Assembly (NCBI RefSeq): GCF_009914755.1
Contig: NC_060937.1
Length of the DNA stretch: 64,000 nt
Reading direction: 5' to 3' (one strand)
Source: the human T2T-CHM13v2.0 reference genome, Homo sapiens
Position numbers and translations under genes: made by a program. Positions within the stretch are counted from its first letter, which is position 1; each line of letters opens with the position of its first letter. This document shows positions 16,268 through 35,764 of this stretch, piece after piece. The notes under the pieces are model-generated. The model saw only the letters and a list, made by a program, of their open reading frames with translations. It was not told the DNA's origin and ran no database searches.

Positions 16268-16589
16268 TCAAAGGCCTTCCAGTGTGCCCTGCAAACCTGC
16301 AGAGACCTAAACGAGTTGATCTCCAGTTGCTCACATGAGCAGTCTCATCCTTCAAACAAGTCTGGTGCACACGGTGGGACTTGGCTGGGCTTTCGCCTCC
16401 TTAGATGCAGTGCAGGCAAACATCTCTAGCTGGACTGGAGACCCCCACCTTCACCCTGCTCAGGAAGAAAGGATAAAGGAGCATCTTGGTCATAGTCCTC
16501 CTCAGCCCTGCAGCCGCTCACACCAGAAGCATAAAGAAACGGAAAGTCACTGTGCTTCCAGAAAGTTGCTTTGCCTTCCCAGACAACGA

Positions 16590-16880
16590 TTGAGTCACTT
16601 TTCTGAGATTTGTTGCCAACTTATTTTTAGTTTGCCCAAGAGTTGCCCAAATATGTTATGACATATGTTTCTTTAATAAGTCACCACATGTGGTTTGAAT
16701 TTCTTTAAGAGAGGAAAAGAAATCTCCCAGGTGGTGGGTCTGTAGTTTTACCAGGACTCTGAGGCGCAGAGCCAGGAAACACAATCCCAAGTTTCTGCCC
16801 AAATGCCCTGAGTCACAATCATCAATGCTTGTAGGAGTCACATGCTTAGCTAGTGACAAGCGCCTGTTTGGAGATTCCCC
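16590..16880. promoter_or_regulatory. Candidate enhancer motif cluster (2x AP-1, RUNX, NF-kB)
   Basis: TGAGTCA at 16591-16597 and 16809-16815, TGTGGTTT near 16689, GGAGATTCCCC at 16870-16880. Confidence 0.35.
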
Positions 16881-17116
16881 TGTTTTACTAAATTCGAGGT
16901 TGTCCTCAGTAGCCATCTAATTTGGTTACTACCAAGCTTAATTTTTAGTCTTTTTCCAGGAAGCGTTTAGCTCAGTTTCTCTTTCAGATGGTATCAAAAG
17001 GGTTAATGCTTCTAAGATGCTTAGTTCAAAGATCTCACTACAAATGTGTTTGTTGACTGCTTCCAAATAAAGATTTAATCCCTTGCTCTGGCAGAAGCAA
17101 TCCTTTCTATTTCCAG

Positions 17117-17294
17117 GAAGAAAACAAACACTGTCTGATAGGACTATTGCTTAAAAGCCAGGCAAATCCCACCTGATTAGGATAATGTGTGTGTTAAGAT
17201 AAAGGAGAAACACCACCACATGCAGCAGTGAAGGGTAGGCGCCAGGCTGTGCTTGGGAAGCTGTGATTGCTATTGGCTCTTTTGGGATACAGAA
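17117..17294 (+). pseudogene. Decayed exon encoding an ankyrin-repeat-like segment
   Basis: CCTTTCTATTTCCAG acceptor and GAA|GTGAGT donor. Translation LIGLLLKSQANPT*LG*CVC*DKGETPPHAAVKGRRQAVLGKL fits the ANK consensus LLL..GA.P...D..G.TPLH.A..G. Confidence 0.6.
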
Positions 17295-17713
17295 GTGAGT
17301 TGGCCAGAGGGCACTATTAGTTCCCCAATCCGTCAAGGGATATTTGTATCATGAACTGGTATTGAAAGAGATGAAAAGTCAGAGAGTTAAAGCCAGTTAC
17401 AGGGGTATAAAAGTAATCAAAGGCAATCAGTTCTCCCCCACCCCCACGCTTCCCTTTGGGGTAGATGTTTTCAGAGAACAGCTGCCTCTCAGAAGCAAAC
17501 AGGCAGAGCTTCCTTTTCCACATTGACAAGAGTCTGAGCCTTGAGCCCCTGACCTTTGGAAATGGGATATATAGAGCATTACAGAAGAGCTTATCTGGAG
17601 TGACAGAATTAAAATGACTTCTTAATTTTGAAACCAAGAGAGGGAGAAGGATGAGATGGTCTTGCTGATATGTATAGCACAGTAGGTGCAATCAACTTTA
17701 ATTTAAAGAAATC

Positions 17714-18114
17714 GGACGAATTGGCGTTTGCCGAGGCTGGCATAGATTTGGCTGTCTCCGCTCATAGCTGCTTTTGGCGCGAAAGATGCCGGGTCTGGTT
17801 GACTCAAACCCTGCCCTGCCTGAGTCTCAGGAGAAGAGGCCGCTGAAGCCCTGCTGCACTTGCCCGGAGACCAAGAAGGCACGCGATGCGTGTATCATCG
17901 AGAAAGGAGAAGAACACTGTGGACATCTAATTGAGGCCCACAAGGAATGCATGAGAGCCCTAGGATTTAAAATATGAAATGGTGGTCTGCTGTGTGAATA
18001 AATAATTCCTGAAGGATGAAGAAGATTAATTTTGGGAGTTCTTTGATGAACTTTGATATGTGGAAAAAGTATTTATAATTTATTGTAAGAAGAAAGTAAA
18101 ATATTACTAGTGGA
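17714..18114 (+). pseudogene. COX17P1: COX17 (mitochondrial copper chaperone) processed retrocopy with 5'UTR, intact ORF and 3'UTR
   Basis: Intronless ORF 17786-17977 encodes [63 protein letters not shown], matching COX17. Likely TSD AAAGAAATC (17705-17713) / AAAAAAATC (18115-18123) after a TTT/AAAG endonuclease-like site. Symbol from recall. Confidence 0.93.
17786..17977 (+). CDS. Intact 63-aa COX17-like ORF inside the retrocopy (expression unknown)
   Basis: ATG at 17786 to TGA at 17977 with no stops. The CC copper-binding pair and twin CX9C cysteines are retained. Confidence 0.35.
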   Translation: MPGLVDSNPALPESQEKRPLKPCCTCPETKKARDACIIEKGEEHCGHLIEAHKECMRALGFKI

Positions 18115-18224
18115 AAAAAAATCATCCATCAAAGACTGTAGCTAATATAAAGAAAAATAAAATAATGTGCAGTGAATTTCACCAGTGTAGACAATTGTCC
18201 AGAAAAAGAAAACACAAACTATAC

Positions 18225-18557
<333 letters not shown>

Positions 18558-19968
18558 TGAGGAAATGAAGGCAGAGAGGAGTGAACTGCGTGGCAGAGCA
18601 TGGATTCCCATGCAGTCTCAAGTGTCCAGATTCCTCCAAAGCACTCTTGCTACTCTGCTGGGCCCATGGGAGTGTGGTTAGTGGTTTTGTTCATTTGTTT
18701 TCATGGCATGGGTTTGTTTGTTTTGTTTTGTTTTAGTTGGAAACTGGAAGTGTGGAAGCCTGGTTAGTGATGGCCTCCTGCTGTATGTAAATAATTTTCA
18801 ACATTTACTAAAATATTTTGTATATGTGTGTGCACGGAGAGCCCACACGTCCAGTGCAGGAATAGAGTTCCCTGCCCAGAGGAAGTACTGCACCACATGA
18901 TGAACAGTGCATGGGACTGGAGTCAGGGGTCCATATTCCAGTCCGCATGCCATCAATTTTGGGTTGTGTGGCTTAGGGCAAGCAACGTCTCTCTAAGCTC
19001 ATTTCTTTATCAATACACTGAGTCCTATCATCCTCATATATTTATATGGGAGGAATATCACAGTGCTTTCAGCTCTCTTTAGGTTTCCATTACATTAAGG
19101 GGTTAGTTTGACTTACTAAAGCTTTCTAAAAAACATACAGTGGCCATGGAAAATGTATCTTTTTATCTCCTTTTGGTCTAGGGGATCTGCAGACTTCATG
19201 GAAGTGATGCTGCCTTTATAGTCTCTGTACCAAATAACAGATCACATAGTGCAGTGAAAAAGGGAGAAGAATCTTGGAGTCCTTGGAGACAACTACTAGT
19301 TTTTCACTGTTCTTTGCTTCCATATGATTTTCTGCTTTGCTCTTCAGTTTATAGTAATTCAATCGACATTTACTGCAACTTTGTGCTAAGCATTGGGTGG
19401 CTGGGAATATGTAGTTACTTCCTCAAGACCAAAACTCTGTGCTCAAAAGCACAACCATTAGTGACGGATTCGGATAAATACAAAGCAAAGTACAATCAGT
19501 TGTCAGCCGTTATAGAGACTGGGAGGAGGTAGAGGCACCAAGAGAGAAATAGACAAATGTTTTTAACCAAGGGGACATGAGGATGAGGAGGACATGAGAG
19601 AGAGGAAAATGAAGTTAAATTTGTGGGCTGGATCATGAAGGTCCTTATATGACACATGGATGTGATCTAGCACTATGGAATTATAAAAGGGTTTTAATTC
19701 TGATCTCATGTATGTTAATTCTCTTTCTTTAGAGCAACTCCGCAGGACTCAAATACATTCCTGGGTTACCAACAAAGACATCACAACCACCCTGACTACA
19801 TCTTTGGCAGGTAGGATATTCTGATTTAAAATTGTTTAAAAGCATGGTTAGTATCAGAAGCAATGAGTCTCAAGGAAGCAGTTTTCCTCCAGAGAGAAGC
19901 AAGATGCTATTTCCTGGATCCAAATTTCCCAGGACAAAACTTCTTGCATTTCTCTTTTAAAAAATGGA

Positions 19969-19987
19969 AGACCACAAGAGGGCACCA
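19969..19987 (+). promoter_or_regulatory. CTCF motif candidate
   Basis: AGACCACAAGAGGGCACCA fits the core CCAC.AG.GGGC.C. Confidence 0.5.
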
Positions 19988-20255
19988 AACTTCATCTTTC
20001 CGGCTGAGAAAACAGCATCTGGGCATTGCAAAGTACAAAATGAAGAGGTGGCCAAAGGAACAAGTTGTTATTGTTTGTCTTTGTTCCCTAATAAAATTAG
20101 AAACATATCTTTATATTACTTTGCATGAATGTGAGTATTGATTTATTCTTCAAACTCCAAATCTGGGTTTAAAAACAACAAAACAAAATGATACAGTATT
20201 TTCTTTGCAATTGGATTCCCACCCAATATTCAAGGACTGACGAATAAGATAATGA

Positions 20256-20623
<368 letters not shown>

Positions 20624-20681
20624 CTGTTTATTCCTTTAACAATACTTATTCAGGTTTGGTGATATGCTGGGCAAGTTGCTA

Positions 20682-21125
<444 letters not shown>

Positions 21126-21384
21126 TTAATGTTGTAGGAACACCAGAGAATGGCCATGTAACTTATGTATCTCCCATGAAACCTGGGCTGTTAACGCTGT
21201 TACGGGAGGAGCAATGGCCTGGGAGCTTAAGGAGCTTAGGTGTTAGTCCTGGCTGGGCCTCCGGCTGTGAGCTTCACCTCCTGGAGCTCAGTTTACTCAC
21301 CTCTGAATTGACACCATCTTCCCTCCAATCTGTAAAACTTTCTGGCTTCAACATAAAATTGGCCATTTCCATTTCAGTGCAAAG

Positions 21385-21782
21385 TTTTTTGTTTATTGTT
21401 TATTTTTTATTATGGTGAAATATACATAATGTAAAATTTACCATTTAAACCATCTTAAGTGTATAATTCAGTGGCATTAAGTACTTTCACACTGTTGTGT
21501 AGCCATCACCCTCATCCATCACCAGAGCTTTCTATCACCCCAAACTGAAATAACAACTTCATATTCCCCCACCCCTCAGCCCTGACAGCCACCATTCTTC
21601 TTTCTGTCTCTATGAATTTGACTACTCTAAGTTCCTCAATAAGTGGAATCATAGAGTAGTTGTCCTTTTGTGTCTAGCTTATTTCACTTAGCATAATGTC
21701 TTCAAGGTTGATCCATGTTGTGGGTTGTGTCCACATTTTCTTCCTTTTTATGGTTGAATAATATTCCATTGTATGTGTATGG
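21385..21782 (-). mobile_element. L1MB 3' end
   Basis: AAAATTTACCAT...CTATGAATTTGACTACTCTA...TTTCACTTAGCATAATG. Confidence 0.85.
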
Positions 21783-21973
21783 CAAAGTCATTTTGAAGTG
21801 GCTGTTTCAGACCCCACCAATCACATAATGGGAAGAAGGAGAGCCCTAGAAGAGCAAACTTGCTCCCTTCTCTCCAGATCCAGGACAGCCAATTTAGAAC
21901 TCAGTGTTCAGAGGGCCTTGCTACTTCTGCTGGGGCAGCTCATTCCTTTCACAAGCTATGCTTTAGCTCCTAG

Positions 21974-22328
21974 TGTCTTAGTCCTTTGGTCTACTATAAC
22001 GAAGTACCATAACCTAGGTGGCTTATAAACAACAGAAATTTATTTCTCACAGTTCTGGAGGCTAAGAATCCAAGATCAAGGTGCCAGCAGATTTGGTATC
22101 TGATAAGGGCCCATTTCCTCATTCCATGGAGGTGTTTTCCAGCTGTGTCCTCACATGGTAAAAGGGGCAAACAAGGTCTCTGGGGCCTCTTTTGTAAGGG
22201 CACTAATCCCATTAATGAGGGTTCCCATGACCTAAACACCCCCCAAATTTCCCATCTTCTAAAATCATTACCTTGGGGGTTAGGATTTTAACATGTGAAT
22301 TTTAGAGGGACACATTCAGACCGTAACA
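21974..22328 (-). mobile_element. MLT1A0-like LTR
   Basis: TGTCTTAGTCC...CAGACCGTAACA. Confidence 0.85.
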
Positions 22329-23194
22329 ACTACTCATGAAATGGCCCTTCCTTCTTATTTGTTGAGCAGGAATCTTGTCTCTACCTCATAGGAAAGAAAA
22401 TATTTCATTATCCAAGTGTCCTGAACAGGGAAGACCAAGAAAATAAAGATATACTACTTTCTCTTCTTTACCTGAGAAGGCAGCAAAATAAGATGCCAGG
22501 AGCAAAAAAGAGCTGTGTGTTAAGGGTATTTAGAACCTGATTTCTCCATTCATGCAATTTATCACCGACCAGAAAATCAAGTATGGAAAATGTGGTCTTA
22601 ATTACTACCACGTGAAATTGCTAAGTGATGTGGTTGCGAGGAATTAGACTTCTGGAAGAAGAAGAAAACAAAAAGCCAGTTTGTTCAAATAGAATTTTAT
22701 GCCTTGCTCAAATGTAGACTAGAGGCATGTAGGTGACCATTGGCTCAAAGCATCGCTGTTGGAAACCAGACAAGGAATATATTGACTTTGAGAACATTTG
22801 CCAAACCTACTCACAATAAAATAATATGGTTTCATTTTCAAAGTGCCTCAAATGTGAGACTCTCTTGGAAGTTCACAATGCCTAATTCCCTGTCCTGCTT
22901 GAACGCTTTCTACAAGTATAGAGTAAAAAGTAGATTTGGGGTCTGGGCAGGGTTCGCTGCGAGGCTAAAGTATTTCCCATGAAGACTAAAGGACACCATT
23001 GATAGAAGGCTTGAGTTTTCCCAGAATTGAAATAGACGAGAAACATAGAATTTCATATTAACACACTCACAATGCATAAAGCTTAAAATAAATCAGGCTG
23101 GTCGAATAGAAAACAGATGGCAAGGCTTTTGTCCTTTTTTCTTGAAGGCCAATTTTGTGGTGAAGTGCTCCAGAAATTGTGTGTTGGTTAGATG

Positions 23195-23656
<462 letters not shown>

Positions 23657-23687
23657 AGATAAGTACAAATAATTAAACAATAAATAT

Positions 23688-24033
<346 letters not shown>

Positions 24034-24160
24034 AGTAAAACCTTTGGCATGATGGCGTTGTTATTGTTGTTGTTGTTATTGTTATAATTATTATTAAATA
24101 TTTTTAGGATTGGATGTTTTTTCTCTTAGCTTACTAATCTCTAAGTAAATACAATAAGGG

Positions 24161-24341
24161 AGGCAGCATGCTATAGAAAAGAAACCAGTGGTCTCTGCCC
24201 ATAAGTATCAAGGACCTTAGAGAAAGCATTATGTCTCTCATCTCAAAGCTAAATTTGATCTTCTGTATTATGGTGATGCAGGGTGTATGAACTTTACTCG
24301 ACAAACTTGGGTATACTGGACACTTATTTTTCTGAAGCCAA
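24161..24341 (+). pseudogene. Decayed exon resembling the N-terminal half of a second PH domain
   Basis: KPVVSAHKYQGP*RKHYVSHLKAKFDLLYYGD; the TAG at 24218-24220 sits where the PH W of W+KRYF.L....L.YY is expected. CAA|GTAAAC donor. Confidence 0.5.
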
Positions 24342-24444
24342 GTAAACTCTGACCCTGGGCGCACAAAGGAGGCAAGAAATTTAGTCTTGGTCTTGTTGAT
24401 AGTCTCCTCCCTCCCCGAGGAACATTTAAGAAGGGGGTCCTTGA

Positions 24445-25141
<697 letters not shown>

Positions 25142-25217
25142 TCCAAGAAACCTTTGCTTTGGCCTTTAAGCCAAAGAACACAAAGATTCAGCCACCTCTA
25201 GAGTCAAAATAAAAGTG

Positions 25218-25360
25218 TCCATGCATGGTGGCTCAAGCCTATACTCCCAGCACTTTGGGAAACTGAGGTGGGAAGACTGCTTGAGGCCAGGAGTTTGAGA
25301 CCAGCCTGGGCAAGATAACAAGACCCAATCTCTAAAATAATAATACAAAATAAAAGATAA
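25218..25360 (+). mobile_element. Alu left monomer
   Basis: FLAM-like. Confidence 0.8.
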
Positions 25361-25980
25361 AAATCCAATGATAATACAGCACAAATTAACATCTCAATAA
25401 ATATTCCTTCAAGCTGATTGAACTAGTTTGATGATTCTCATTTTTCCCTTCTATTACTATTTTCTTGTTTCAAAATATCATCTTTCAAATATCATATAAT
25501 CAGAAGGGTAATTTATTAAGTAATTGCTTGTACAGATTTATCTTAGCTAAATATAGTTCTATCAGACTTTTTGAGATAATGGCCCTCATGTCAAGAGGGT
25601 CCCTTCCTGGCTGCCATGAGTTATACAAGGAGGGCCAGGACAGATTCTACAATGTCACATGATACGTGATCAGGAAAAGCCTTTACTCAGTGCAGTGAGG
25701 CAGAGGTGACTGTGGCCCCCCCAGTCTCTCCACTGTTCCTGGATGAGGACCACACCTGGAGAGGTGTGCAAGGCCACGGTTCCTTTTCAGGGGAGGGACT
25801 TTTCCCCTTTGTGTCTGTGTTCTTATAGGACAAATGTGATGAAGTGGCCTTATCAGGAACACTTAGACTGCATGGCCTACTGTGTACAAACTTGTCTCGG
25901 AACACCAGAGCCTCTGCCATGGGGGACTTAGAGCTGCTGGGGCCCAACACCCATGGACATTATAACTATACACCCCCTAT

Positions 25981-25984
<4 letters not shown>

Positions 25985-26026
<42 letters not shown>
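25985..26026. repeat. (AC)21 microsatellite
   Basis: Direct reading. Confidence 0.97.
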
Positions 26027-26028
<2 letters not shown>

Positions 26029-27176
26029 CAACTGGGGGTGTGGAGGAAACCATTGTCCAGTAGGAAGCTGAGCTTGGGTGAGCTCCTTTTTCTGGGAGAA
26101 AGAGGGTCTCCGGGGTCCCACGTAGCTGGTTCTCTCTTTCTTTCTCCCTCTGCTTTTGCCACTAAGTATTTTCAAGTTTAACCTATTTTGAACTGTCATT
26201 TCTTTAAGCATGCAGGCCTTCCAGTTTCTCTCCTTTTTCTGTTTCCCTTTTGGAATAAAATGGAAAAAATGGAGAAAAATGTGTTTCTGAGACCTTCTCA
26301 GAGAGTTCGGTATGTGGTTGGAAGAACTACCTTACCTTGGTAAGTGGCTCAGATTGGGAATGTGGATGGAAAGAAACTATTGAGTCTTGTCCTTAAATAG
26401 CAGGTTAAACCACTGAATTTCGGGGAGCTGTTGAGGAGAAGCTGAGTGCCTTGTGGAAGAACACACCGTGAGGAGGAGCCTGAGAGAGCTGGTCACTGAG
26501 AAAATCATCATCCGAGAAGAAGTGGTGACATTGTGTGCTTAGAGGAGTGTGATTCCTCCCTTTTCTCTACCTGCCTTATGAAACACTCAGTAAATTCTAC
26601 TTTTCCCACTACCTCTTTTGGTGTGAGCAGTTTATTTTAGAGCCCTCCAAAGAGGTACTGTGGTCCTTCACAAGGTTGGCAGGGTGGAAGAAGGTGGAGG
26701 AAGACCAGTTAGGGATTAACCAGACACCTGAAAAGACTTTCTATCTTTTCTTTACCTATTCATTTATTATCCTCCTGTCATCTCTTTCCCCTTGAGCCTA
26801 TTCAAGGATCTCCCCTCTCTCACGTTTCCATCTCTGGCTCCCTCATGGGCTCCTCTTCCTCCGAGGTCAACAGGTCTTTGCTCGTCCCCACTGTCGAGTT
26901 TCCTAGAGTCAGCCGTCACGACTGGGGTCAATAGAGAGAACTATAAGCTGCCTCTCACAAAATAGCCAATAATGGTACTACAACTTACTGAGTTTTTATA
27001 TATATTGATTGTGGTGCTAGGTACCTCACATATATAATTTCAGTTAGTCTTTTTAACTACTCTGTATAGCAAATATTATTATTGCTTTGTCACAGAAAGC
27101 AAACTGAGAGTCACTGGCTTGATGTTCCATGGGCTTGAACTATTTTTACTTCCAAACAGGCTGCTAGTTAAAGTCA

Positions 27177-28320
<1,144 letters not shown>

Positions 28321-28769
28321 TTTATTATTTCTATTTATTTATCTTGTTTTTCTCTTTATGCTGTTTGAAATCACAGTGGACTATGTCAGCAAGAGCATAA
28401 AAGTACCACTTAGTTTAAATCCTGCTATGTCTTAAAGAAATTATAATGGTAAGTTGTGGGAATTCTAGAGATGCAATTGAATAGAGAGTGGAAATTGGAT
28501 TATAAAGCCAATAGCTGTGTTTTTTATTTTAAAATTGTTTTGTACATATTATGTATTATAAAAAAGACTCATATTTGCTGCAGATATGTATTCATCATAT
28601 TCTGACTTAGAAGAAACATGTTCTATCCATGTCAGAGTTTAGAATGAAATGTTAATTATCTTTCTATTGATTTTCTCTGATTTGAGTTAATTGATTTTGT
28701 TAGCATAATTGTTATTCTACCATTCCTTAGCTTCATTGTGATCAAAATACACAGTAAAGAAAATTATGA

Positions 28770-30180
28770 GGGGAATTCTTACTATCTGATTTAATATTTC
28801 ATGTAGAGCTACAATAGTCAAGACAGCTTGGTTTTGGAGAAAGAATATACATATAGAACAACAGCGCCAAATCCAAAAATAGACCCATACATATATGGTC
28901 TATTGATTTTTTTTGACAAAGATGGAAAGACAATTCACTGGAGAGAGAATAGTCTTTTCAACAAATTTGCTGAAACATATACACATCTATATGCAAAAAC
29001 ATGAAACTTGCTCCAGAAATTAACTCAAAGTGTATCATAGATCTAAATGTGAAAGCTAAAACACTAAAACTTCTAAAAGTAAACATAGGAGAAAAATCTG
29101 TGTGACCTGGGTTACAAATGGATATTTTAGAAACTACACAAAAGACACTTCCTATAGAAAAAAGACACATTAGACTTTATCAAAATTAAGAACCTCTGTT
29201 TTTTGAAAGAGCTATTAAAAGAATTGAAAGGCAAGTCAGACCAAGAGAAAATATTTGCAAATTATATAACTGATCCAGACTGTATAAAGAACTCTCAAAA
29301 CTCAATAGTAGGAAAACAAACAACATTTTTAAAATAGAGAAAATACTTGAACAGACAATTAGTGATGAATGGTAAATAAGCGCCTGAAAAGGTGGTCATT
29401 ACTAATACCATTAGATATTAGAAAAATACAAATTAAAACCACAGTGAGAGACACACCTACTAGGATGGCTAAAACAAAATCAATAACCTGACAATACCAA
29501 GTCCAGGCAAGGAGTTACTAGCTTTCTCACAAGCTGCTGGTGGGAATACAAATTGGTACAGCCACTTTAGAAAATAATTTGGCAATTTCTTATAAAGTTA
29601 AACATACACTTACATAGGACCTAACACTCTCACTCCTAACTGTTGACCAATAAAATGAAAATGTATGTTGACATAAAAACCTGTATGTAAATATTTGTAG
29701 TAACTTTATTTGTAATTACCCAAAACAGAAAATTACACGAATTCCTCTCAATGAATAAACAAGCTACAGTATACCATAAATATCCATGACTGGATATCAG
29801 AGCATCTACCCATCGTCTCTTCCTATGACCTGGGTTTCTTATGGCAAGAAGTATTCATTCAATAGAATACTCAGTAGTGAAAAAGAATGAGTTAGTAACA
29901 CACGCAACAATGTGGATGAATCTCAGAGCATTGTGTTAGGGAAAGAATCTAGACCAAAAAAGAGTACATTCTGTGTTCTTCCATTTATATGATATTCTGG
30001 GAAAGGCAAAACTATAGGGACAGAAAACAGGTAACTGTGGTGGGAAAGGGTCAATTCTAAGGGGACACCGGGTTTTAGTGGTAGTCACAATGATGTGACT
30101 TTGACAACATATGCAGGACTATACACTAAAAAAGGGTGAATATTTATGCATTTTACTGCATACCTTGAAGAAAAAAAAGA
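28770..30180 (+). mobile_element. Old L1M ORF2 end and 3'UTR
   Basis: GCTACAATAGTCAAGACAG, AACATAGGAGAAAA, GGCAAAACTATAGGGACAGAAAAC motifs. Confidence 0.85.
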
Positions 30181-30273
30181 AAGAATACCTGAGATTCAAA
30201 CACACGATGTAATTGCTCAAGTCACATTGCAAAGACCTGGAGTACTAGGTCAGGTCTGCCTGTAACACTCCAA

Positions 30274-30560
30274 GTTTTTTTTTTTTTTTTTTTGAGTCAT
30301 CCAGTCTGGAGTGCAGTGGTACAATCTTGACTCACTGCAACCTCTGCCTCCTGGGTTCAAGTGATTCTCCTGCCTCACCCTCCTGAGTAGCTGGGATTAC
30401 AGGCATGCGCCACCATGCCCAGCTAATTTTTATATTTTTTGTAGAGATGGGGTTTCACCATGTTGGCCAGGCTGGTCTCAAACTCCTGACCTCAAGTGAT
30501 TGGCCCAACTCAACTTCCCAAAGTCCTGCGATTACAGGTGTGAGCTACCACACTCAGCTA
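30274..30560 (-). mobile_element. AluS
   Basis: Dimer, TSD TAACAC(T/C)CCAAGTTTTT. Confidence 0.92.
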
Positions 30561-31574
30561 GGTAACACCCCAAGTTTTTAACAAATGCCTTACATACATT
30601 CTATATCATTTGAATAAATATGTTGATTTGAGTGAATTTAGAGTTTCAGGTAATCCTCTGAGAGTTAAACTAGTGAAAATAAGTCAATAAAGCAATTGTT
30701 ATTATCTGTCTCCTCCTGACTCTCTATGTGTTTCTTCCCAGTCTCCTTAGCCGATGCCTCCTCCTCAGACACCCCACAAGTATTGGTGTCCTGGCCCCTA
30801 TTTGTTCCTACTCTCCATCCATGGGTGATAGTCTCTATTTCCAGGGCTTTTCTTCTTCTGTTTGTTTGTTTTAAACAAAAGTAGAACTGTCTTTATTGCA
30901 AATGACATAATCTTTGCTACAGAAATATTCCAGGACTTTTTGATAATCGCTTGCATGGCTGTGAGCCTCAGATCTATGTTTTCAGCTTAGGCTTTGTCTT
31001 AAACCCTGTTCTGAAACTTAGGACTTAAATATTTTGTTTTTCTTATATTTTGTGCATCAGGAATTCAGGAAGGGCTCAGCTGGGTGGTTAGTAATGATCC
31101 CTGTGGCATCCACCAAGTTGCTGGAGCTGGAGGAGCCACTTCAGGATGTGGCTTCTTCATGCACATGTCTGTGTCTGGGAAGGGATGGCTGGTGCTGAGA
31201 CTGTGAGTTCAGCTGGGCCTGAGTCCATCTACCCATGGTCTCTCCATGTCACCTGGGGTTCTTACGGCACAGTCACAAAAAAATTTTAATTTTTCTGTAA
31301 TCAAAAATGTTGAATTTTGCCTTACAGTTTATGTTTTCAAGACTGTGTTGGAGGAGTTCTTTGCCACTTCATGTTATAAAGTAGGAAACACTGCATAGAT
31401 GGTCAGCCACATGCCTCAGAAAAATGAAGAATGAATTCTAGCAGACACCCTCATGGGGTTGTGTGAGATTTAATATGATACTGGATCCTTAAATTACTGT
31501 GCAGCACAAAGCTGCCTAACCAACCTGAATACTCAGCTAGGAATTATTATGTGTGATCGAAATACAGGCATAAA

Positions 31575-31699
31575 CCCAGCACTTTGGGAGGCTGAGGCCA
31601 GTGGATCACTTGAGCTCAAGAGTTTGAGACCAGCCTGGGCAATATGGTGAAATCTCATCTCTGCAAAAAAATACAAAAATTAGCCAGGCACGGTGGCAC
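31575..31699 (+). mobile_element. Alu fragment truncated at both ends
   Basis: CCCAGCACTTTGGG...TAGCCAGGCACGGTGGCAC. Confidence 0.85.
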
Positions 31700-31703
31700 C
31701 TAT

Positions 31704-31920
31704 CTAATAGTTTTACTCTTCTCTTTTATTTACTCTTCTCTTTTATTTTCTCAGAATTTCAAATCTTTCCATTAACTTTATTATTAGTTTTACTGTCCAT
31801 CAAAGGCAACTAATAAGGTTTATGTTCCGAAAGGTGAAGTGCCAATAATAAAATAGAAAACATTATGTCATTTACGTGATCTCTTTCTGATTTGAGTGTT
31901 ACTTATCATAGGGTTACTTT
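31704..31920 (+). repeat. ~210-bp direct repeat, copy 1
   Basis: Aligns by eye with 36016-36226 (e.g. ATTTCAAATCTTTCCATTAACTTT, CAATAATAAAATAGAAAACATTATG, GTGTTACTTATCATAGGG). Confidence 0.92.
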
Positions 31921-31935
31921 AAAAATACTTATTTA

Positions 31936-35358
<3,423 letters not shown>

Positions 35359-35450
35359 AAAAAAACATATTTAAGTATTTTTATTTTTGTATTTATTTAT
35401 TTTATATTTTATATTTATTTCTTTTATATTCTTATATAAAAGCTTATTAA

Positions 35451-35764
<314 letters not shown>

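Noticed and set aside
17296-17316. CTCF-like CCAGAGGGCACTA
   Set aside because: It lacks the upstream CC of the core motif.
17774-17785. N-terminal extension MARK on the COX17 ORF
   Set aside because: It comes from a TTG in the copied 5'UTR; the real start is the ATG at 17786.
18737-19215. Alternative readings as F-box/WD40 (NWKCG...LGS) or ZP-N domain
   Set aside because: No F-box, WD or ZP segments were found in the expected order nearby; the DH-PH-ANK-FYVE-PH reading explains more segments.
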